Below are positions 58,137 through 64,000 of a stretch of 64,000 nucleotides of DNA, piece after piece (the first letter of the stretch is position 1; each line of letters begins with the position of its first letter). Both the position numbers and the translations under genes were made by a program. A model generated the notes under the pieces. The model ran no database searches and had not been told where the DNA came from. It worked only from the letters and a program-made list of their open reading frames with translations. The stretch spans positions 100,383 to 164,382 of IMG/VR virus record IMGVR_UViG_3300045125_000064. One strand, 5' to 3'. The stretch is from a virus.

Positions 58137-58860
58137 ATGCTTCAATTTCAACTTATCAGTGATATGCATCTTGAATTCTATCCAGGTAAAACCTGATTCC
58201 AATTCTTGAAGCATTGCCTTCTGATCCTGACATTATGGTTATTGCTGGTGATTTCTGCACATCGATTAACATGGTTGAAACTTTGACATTTATGTGTCAG
58301 AAGTATCGCCATGTTATCTTTGTTTGTGGAAATCATGAGTATTACCCTTTCCAATCGAGGAAATGTTCATAACAATCTTGTCAAGGTTTCTCGTCGATTT
58401 GCAAATTTCCATTGGCTTCATCGTTCAACCGTTGAAATTGATGGGCAAAGGTTTGTTGGGTCAACTCTTTGGTTTGAGATGGATTATAAGGCTCATTTAT
58501 TGAAAGATAATCTGAGTGATTTCAGAACAATCCAAGGTTTTAAGAAATGGATTGGAGAAGAGAACAAGAAGAACAAGGAATTCTTTGAGCAAACCGTTCA
58601 AAAGAATGATGTTGTTATTTCTCATCATCTTCCTACATACCTTTCTGTCAATTCCCATATGAGGGAGATCCAAACAATTGTTTCTATGTCTGCTCAATGG
58701 AGAAATTGATTTGTGAAGTTCAGCCCAAATATTGGCTTCATGGTCATACCCATTCCAGGGTTGTTGAAATGCTTGGTGAAACTGTTGTGATGGCAAATCC
58801 AAGAGGATATAAGGATTGTGTTCGTTCTGACTGGAACACCAAGGTTATTTGTTGCTGATT
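58137..58860 (+). CDS. Calcineurin-like metallophosphoesterase (frameshifted)
   Basis: LISDMHLE, IAGDF, CGNHEYY, VISHHLP, HGHTH. Confidence 0.88.
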
Positions 58861-59536
58861 TCAAAGGAGTTCAAGATGAAGATTTATATTCACCCTGCAA
58901 TTGGCTGGAAAGATCACTCTTCTGGTGATGGAAGATTGGTTTTCTCTTGGTCAAAGACTGGCAAAGAAGTTGATGTTGTCTTTGACGGTTTCTGTGTTGA
59001 ATCTTCCTATGTGAAGAACCAAGATGTTGGCAAGTTTGTCATTCACTTCATCAAGAAATATCATCTTCCCAAACTTCGCAAGAAGTGAAGATAGGCCAAT
59101 GTGCCATTGATTTACTTTCGTTGCTTGTGGGTCAAATTTGGGCCATTCAATGCAATATTGATTGTTTGAGAAGGGAGAAATAAAATGTTTGATATTGACC
59201 GAGAAGAAGAAAGGCGCAAGAACATTTTTTTATCTTGGAGCGAAAAAGAACAAAGAGTTTATGCCTTAAAACGAGCCGCTGGCATTGCGCTGGCTTTTTT
59301 CCATCTCAGTTTCCCTGTTCTTTATTCCAGGATTCACAGGAATTTCAATCTATGCCTCAAACATTTTGATCAATTTCTTGTTTTATTTCTGCTGGTTCAG
59401 CTACGATGCAGATTGTGGATTAATTGAAGGGCACTATTTGGGAATTTATATGCTTGGTGGTGCTATTGCTTCTCTTGTTGGCCCTATGTTTTTTCCTTAT
59501 GTTATTATTTCTGAGGTTTGGAGCATCTTCAAGAAA

Positions 59537-59584
59537 GATGATGAAGAACTTGAAGATGATGAAGAACTTGAAGATGATGAAGAA
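59537..59584 (+). repeat. 18-bp coding tandem repeat (DDEELE, about 2.7 copies)
   Basis: gatgatgaagaacttgaa twice, then gatgatgaagaa. Confidence 0.9.
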
Positions 59585-60157
59585 GGAGAATAAAAATGAA
59601 AGTTTATGTTGTGACAGTCCTGATCTATTCTTCAATTAAAGTTGAAATTCTTCACACCTATAAGAAGGTCTTTCTTTCAAAAGAAAAGGCAATTGAGGAA
59701 TATGAAAAAACATATGCTGCCTATTTGACAGTTAACAAAGACAATGTTATTCTCAATGTAAAAAATGAAGATTGTTGTGCTCTTGGCTTTAGCGATAGCG
59801 AATCAATTGTTGAAATCGACTGGCTTGAATGTCAGGTTATTGAGGAATAAAAAAATGACAAGCAAAATGCAGAAAATTGGGTATCAAATTTTCATTTTGA
59901 TGTATATTTTGGAAAAACCCACCTGTGAGCAGGAAATGCCAAAAGCATCAGCACTATGCTTTCTGAATAAGGAAAAGGCTGAAAAGAAGTTTGATGAACT
60001 GTTTGAAACCTTTTCTTGTTCAACAGGAAATAAAGGTGAAGAATTTTGTTAAAACAGGTGGCACTGAATCTGAAAAATCAGAAGCAATCGTTGCTTATGA
60101 AAATGGTTGTGTTGTTGAGTTGACTCTCAATGAATTGGTATTTGAGGAATAAATAAA

Positions 60158-60721
60158 ATGAAAAAAATTCTGATTGCTCTTGTTCTTTGTCTAATTCCAG
60201 CCATTTCCTTTGCAAGAAGTGGTGGATCATTTGGTGGTGGTTTTTCTTCTTCAAGAAGCGTTTCAACTCCAAGTGTTTCAAGGAGTTATTCTGCTCCCTC
60301 ATATTCAAGGCCATCTTATTCAGCACCAAGTTATTCAAAACCAAGCTATTCAACTCCATCAAGGAGCTATTCATATTCTTATTCAAAACCAACTGTGGTG
60401 AATAAGACATATTATCAAAGCAACAATTCCAGTTCATCTGGAGTTGGTCATATGCTGTTTGGATATGCTTTGGCAAGGGCAACTGAACCTCATCATTATT
60501 ATCATTCTTCTCCTGTTTATGTGGAGCATCATGAATATGTTGAAGATATTCCTTATGAACGTCAACCTGTTAACATCTATTCTGACGCAACAGTTGTTCA
60601 AGGATATAAAGCAGATCCAGGAACAGGATTGGGAATTGGTGGAGCAATTATTATTGTCGTTTTGTTCATTGTTGGTGTTGCCATTGCGGTTGTTATTTTT
60701 AAGAATCAGAATCGGTGGTGA
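60158..60721 (+). CDS. Secreted/membrane-anchored Ser-Tyr-Pro-rich protein
   Basis: Signal peptide MKKILIALVLCLIPAISFA, RSGGSFGGG, SYSxP repeats, C-terminal TM helix. Confidence 0.7.
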   Translation: MKKILIALVLCLIPAISFARSGGSFGGGFSSSRSVSTPSVSRSYSAPSYSRPSYSAPSYSKPSYSTPSRSYSYSYSKPTVVNKTYYQSNNSSSSGVGHMLFGYALARATEPHHYYHSSPVYVEHHEYVEDIPYERQPVNIYSDATVVQGYKADPGTGLGIGGAIIIVVLFIVGVAIAVVIFKNQNRW

Positions 60722-61327
60722 TTGAAAAATGTCTCAATATACACACCACTACAAAGCATCCAAAGAAAGGCAATATAAATATTCAGAACCAAATGTGAGC
60801 CTTCTTCAACATCTTAAAGAGAATGATCCACAATTCTATCAATTCCTTGATGAAAATGGTTATCTCTTTGATGATGAAGAACATGAATATAAGTTGAATA
60901 TTTCTGAGGTGTGTGAAAACTTTGGAATTCTTCTGGCAGAATATAATCCATTCATTGATGGAATTATTCTGGATGATGAATGGGCAATTCCAGAGAGTTT
61001 TCTTGATCAATATAAAGATGTTGATGTTGCCTTTAAGCCAATTTTCAAAACTTCTGGATATAAAAAATTCACATTGGATATTAACAACTTTGAATGGATC
61101 AAACTTCCAAAGAAAAAGAATTGTTATTTTCATGATATGGGAGAAGGGCAGCATCCTTCATCATTTCAATCAGATTGGTTTAAGAGGTTCCCATATCATT
61201 TGATTCACTCATCCAGAAACCTGGAAGAAATCAAGGGGTTTTCTCAATATTATTGGTGGCCTCATGATTGGGAAAAGAATTTGAATCTGGATCAGTGGGA
61301 TGAACAGCTTTCTGTTTTGATTATCAA

Positions 61328-61810
61328 TTGGTGAGAATAATGAAATTCTTGGTATTCTTTCTGTGTTTTCTTATGTTTATCCCAAATGCTGCTTTTGCAA
61401 AGGGAAAAAAATCATCATCAAATAATGATGGAGAAGTTTGGGTTGATTCATATAAAAGGAAAGATGGCACAGAGGTTGATGGGCATTGGAGAACAAAACC
61501 AGATAAAGATTTTGATAACAACTGGTCGACAAAAGGCAATATGAACCGCATACCGGAAAAGAGGGAACAAAATGTCCTCCAGATGGATGCGATTCTTTCT
61601 ATTATTCTTATCCTTCTCAAGCTCCTTCTGCGGAAACCAAAAAGAAAGAAGATATTGGAGACGAAAAACGCTTGGTACAACAAATTTGATAAAGAAGAAA
61701 TCCATTATCAAAAGCGCCAAAATCAATTTCAACTTGATAAAGTTGATATTTTGACAATCATTATTGGTGTTGGAATTCTTTCTGCAACAATTTACTATTA
61801 TAAAAATTGA
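61328..61810 (+). CDS. Secreted/membrane protein with YxRKDGTxVxGHWRT motif
   Basis: Signal peptide; VDSYKRKDGTEVDGHWRTKPDKDFDNNWSTKGNMN; C-terminal TM. Confidence 0.65.
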   Translation: MVRIMKFLVFFLCFLMFIPNAAFAKGKKSSSNNDGEVWVDSYKRKDGTEVDGHWRTKPDKDFDNNWSTKGNMNRIPEKREQNVLQMDAILSIILILLKLLLRKPKRKKILETKNAWYNKFDKEEIHYQKRQNQFQLDKVDILTIIIGVGILSATIYYYKN

Positions 61811-62608
61811 CAAAATAAAATGAACAAGACCTACAAATTACGATGCTGGAAACTAGGATTCGAGAGAATACTCATTTAGCTTCGGAGAATATAAACTCAT
61901 TGACTTTAGAGAAAACTTAACAGAACAGGATATTGAGAATATAAAAGAATATTATTTAGAAAAATATGGACCTTTTATAGAATTTGATCTAACAGAAGAA
62001 CAATAAAATGAAGAAAAACATCCACAATCAATATCTTTGTGATAAGATAAAAGAAATGAAGGAAAAGGGAGAAGCTTGGATTTCTTGGGGTCATCTAAGA
62101 ATGAAGATTGTTCCATTTTCCATTGAGGAATGGCCAAATACCATAACGATTCTTGCAATCCAAATGGGAATGAAACTTATATTGTTTCACATAAAGGAAA
62201 ACTTAGACTCTTATCTTACAATGGATACAAAGACCTCTGGGAAACATTTGAACATTGGCCCCTTGGTAGAATTGGAGAAAACTGGAAAAGATTTTATTCT
62301 TCTCCCAAGAAAGTCAGAGCAACTGTTGCTGAGATTCATTTGAGGCCAAAAAATGAAGAAATCTGAAGCCAAACGATCAGAATATTGGTTCATTAGAGAT
62401 AAGTCCAAACCTCAGAAATATAGGAAATTCATCAAAGTTATTTTATATGTTCATCCAACAAGAGTGAGCATTCAAACTTGGGATTCTTCCAATAAACAAC
62501 ATTCAAACTGGAATTTGAGAGAAATCAGCTATCTTGATTATCATACAAAGCAGCAAAAGACAAAAGACCTTAATTGGGCAATCAAAAAATATTTAAAATG
62601 GATCAAAA

Positions 62609-63533
62609 ATGTCAAATATTCTAAAAACACTCGAACAAAAAGCAGCTTATTTCCCCTCCTAAATTTGTGATTGAGGGAACACAATATCTTGTCCACATGG
62701 GTTCTGATGCTTATGGAGTTTCATCCAATTCATCAGATATTGATGCATATGGATTTTGCATTCCTCCAAAGTCATATATCTTTCCTCATTTGTCTGGAGA
62801 GATTGAAGGCTTTGGAAAACAAGAACCAAAGGTTCGCTCAATTCCAGAACCACCATATTCTCAATAAAGACAATGGGAAAGAATATGATCTGGCAATCTA
62901 TAACATTGTGAAGTATTTCCGACTATGTGCTACGAGAACAATCCAAACATGATTGATTCATTGTTTTGTTCCTCAGAGTGTTCTTCATTGCACAAGAGAT
63001 TGGCAATATGGTCGAGACAATCGAAAGAAGTTCTTGACAAAAGAAGCATGGTTCAAATTTAAGGGATATGCTTATGCTCAAATGTCAAAGATTGATGTTA
63101 AGTCAGAAAATGGCGTTGTGCCAAAAGCGAAAAGAGAGCAAAGATTTTCTAGCCTATGGATATGATACAAAATTTGCGTATCATCTTTTAAGACTTCTTG
63201 GGGAAGCTGAAATGATCTTGATTGAGAACGATCTTGACCTTGAAAGGAACAGAGAACAACTTAAATCCATTCGCAGAGGTGAATGGACTCTTGAACAAGT
63301 AAAAGAAGCTTTCTATAGTAAAGAAAAACAACTTGAAGAAGCATATGTGAAATGCACTCTTCCAAACACAAGACATGATACAGAGGATGTCCTAAAGCAA
63401 CTTTTGATTGATTGCCTGGAAGAATATTATGGTTCTTTGGAAGAGTGTATTCTCGTTCCAAATCCAGAAAAGCTTCTTCTTTCTCAAGTGTATGAATTGT
63501 TAAACAAAACAGAAACAAGTTTGGAGGTTGAGA
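62609..63533 (+). CDS. Pol-beta-superfamily nucleotidyltransferase (RlaP / Nuc-transf-like), frameshifted
   Basis: MGSDAYGVS..SSDIDAYG (GS..DxD), DLAIYNIVKYF, YAYAQM, YDTKFAYHLLRLL, IRRGEWTLEQV. Confidence 0.8.
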
Positions 63534-64000
63534 TGAAAGATTTCTTGAAGGTGTTGGCGTTCTTGTATCCGCTCTATTCGTTTGTTTGTGCATTGCTTAC
63601 ATTGGCTGGCATGTCCATTCTGTATTTTTTTATTCAGACCTAAAAGTGGTCAAGAGTTTTGATTCAGATTATAAGCTTTTGGTCCAAAGTAATGCAGACT
63701 CCAAACTATTCTGGGTTTGTCTGCCTGCAAAATCAAACAGTAACAATCAAATAATTTTAAGAGGTTTAAATGGAAGGGTTTTTTTATCTATGCATTTATG
63801 TTTTTGGAATTATTGTAGGATATGTTCTGAATGATTTTTATCTCAGATGGCAATGGATAAAGAAAAGAAAGTGTGCTAGTTTTTCTGATTTTATAAGTTG
63901 CTGGAGGTTTCCTCGGAATATACGATTGCTTCAATGATATCAATTACTTTTTGGCCTATTGTTGCACCAGCTTTGGTTCCTGGATTTCTGTTTTATAAAT

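Noticed and set aside
876-63593. Most minus-strand ORFs in the six-frame track
   Set aside because: They lie opposite recognisable + strand genes and show the hydrophobic F/S/L-rich composition typical of antisense reading. Only the HNH at 41371-41989 is accepted.
1-64000. Pervasive broken ORFs read as pseudogenes or programmed frameshifts
   Set aside because: The breaks hit essential genes (dnaE, groEL, ligase), and those traced are single-base indels, often in homopolymer runs, with conserved motifs continuing in the next frame. This pattern fits long-read error.
1-64000. Stop-codon recoding (alternative genetic code)
   Set aside because: The interruptions traced change reading frame rather than continuing in frame past TAG or TGA. 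Long genes (NAMPT, PurA) are open in the standard code, and TAG and TGA end some genes. No intact suppressor tRNA was found.

Overview
AT-rich segment of a large (jumbo-type) tailed-phage genome. Genes are densely packed and almost all on the + strand. Many genes are broken by 1-nt indels, those traced by eye mostly in homopolymer runs, which suggests uncorrected long-read errors, so several CDS coordinates below were joined across frameshifts by eye and are approximate. Recognisable genes cover replication and nucleotide metabolism (thyX fragment, ATP-dependent DNA ligase, DnaE-type Pol III alpha, DEDDh exonuclease, dUTPase, PurA, adenine MTase), a GroEL-like chaperonin, an NAD+ salvage pair (NMNAT-Nudix + NAMPT), RNA end-healing and modification enzymes (kinase, RNA ligase, phosphoesterases, RlaP-like NTase, TrmH-like MTase, Ro60/TROVE, NADAR), a MoxR-like AAA+/VWA-metallopeptidase pair, and at least five homing endonuclease genes. 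A tRNA region (39.0-46.1 kb) holds canonical and non-canonical tRNAs and about 900 nt of highly paired sequence with no convincing ORF, including a Y-RNA candidate. Two regulatory grammars are visible. One is a family of sigma70-type promoters, several with a palindromic spacer. The other is an ACTATTTA motif that repeatedly sits inside hairpins covering or abutting the ribosome-binding site of homing endonuclease and putative late genes. No CRISPR array and no stop-codon recoding were seen. Host and phage family cannot be determined from the sequence alone.
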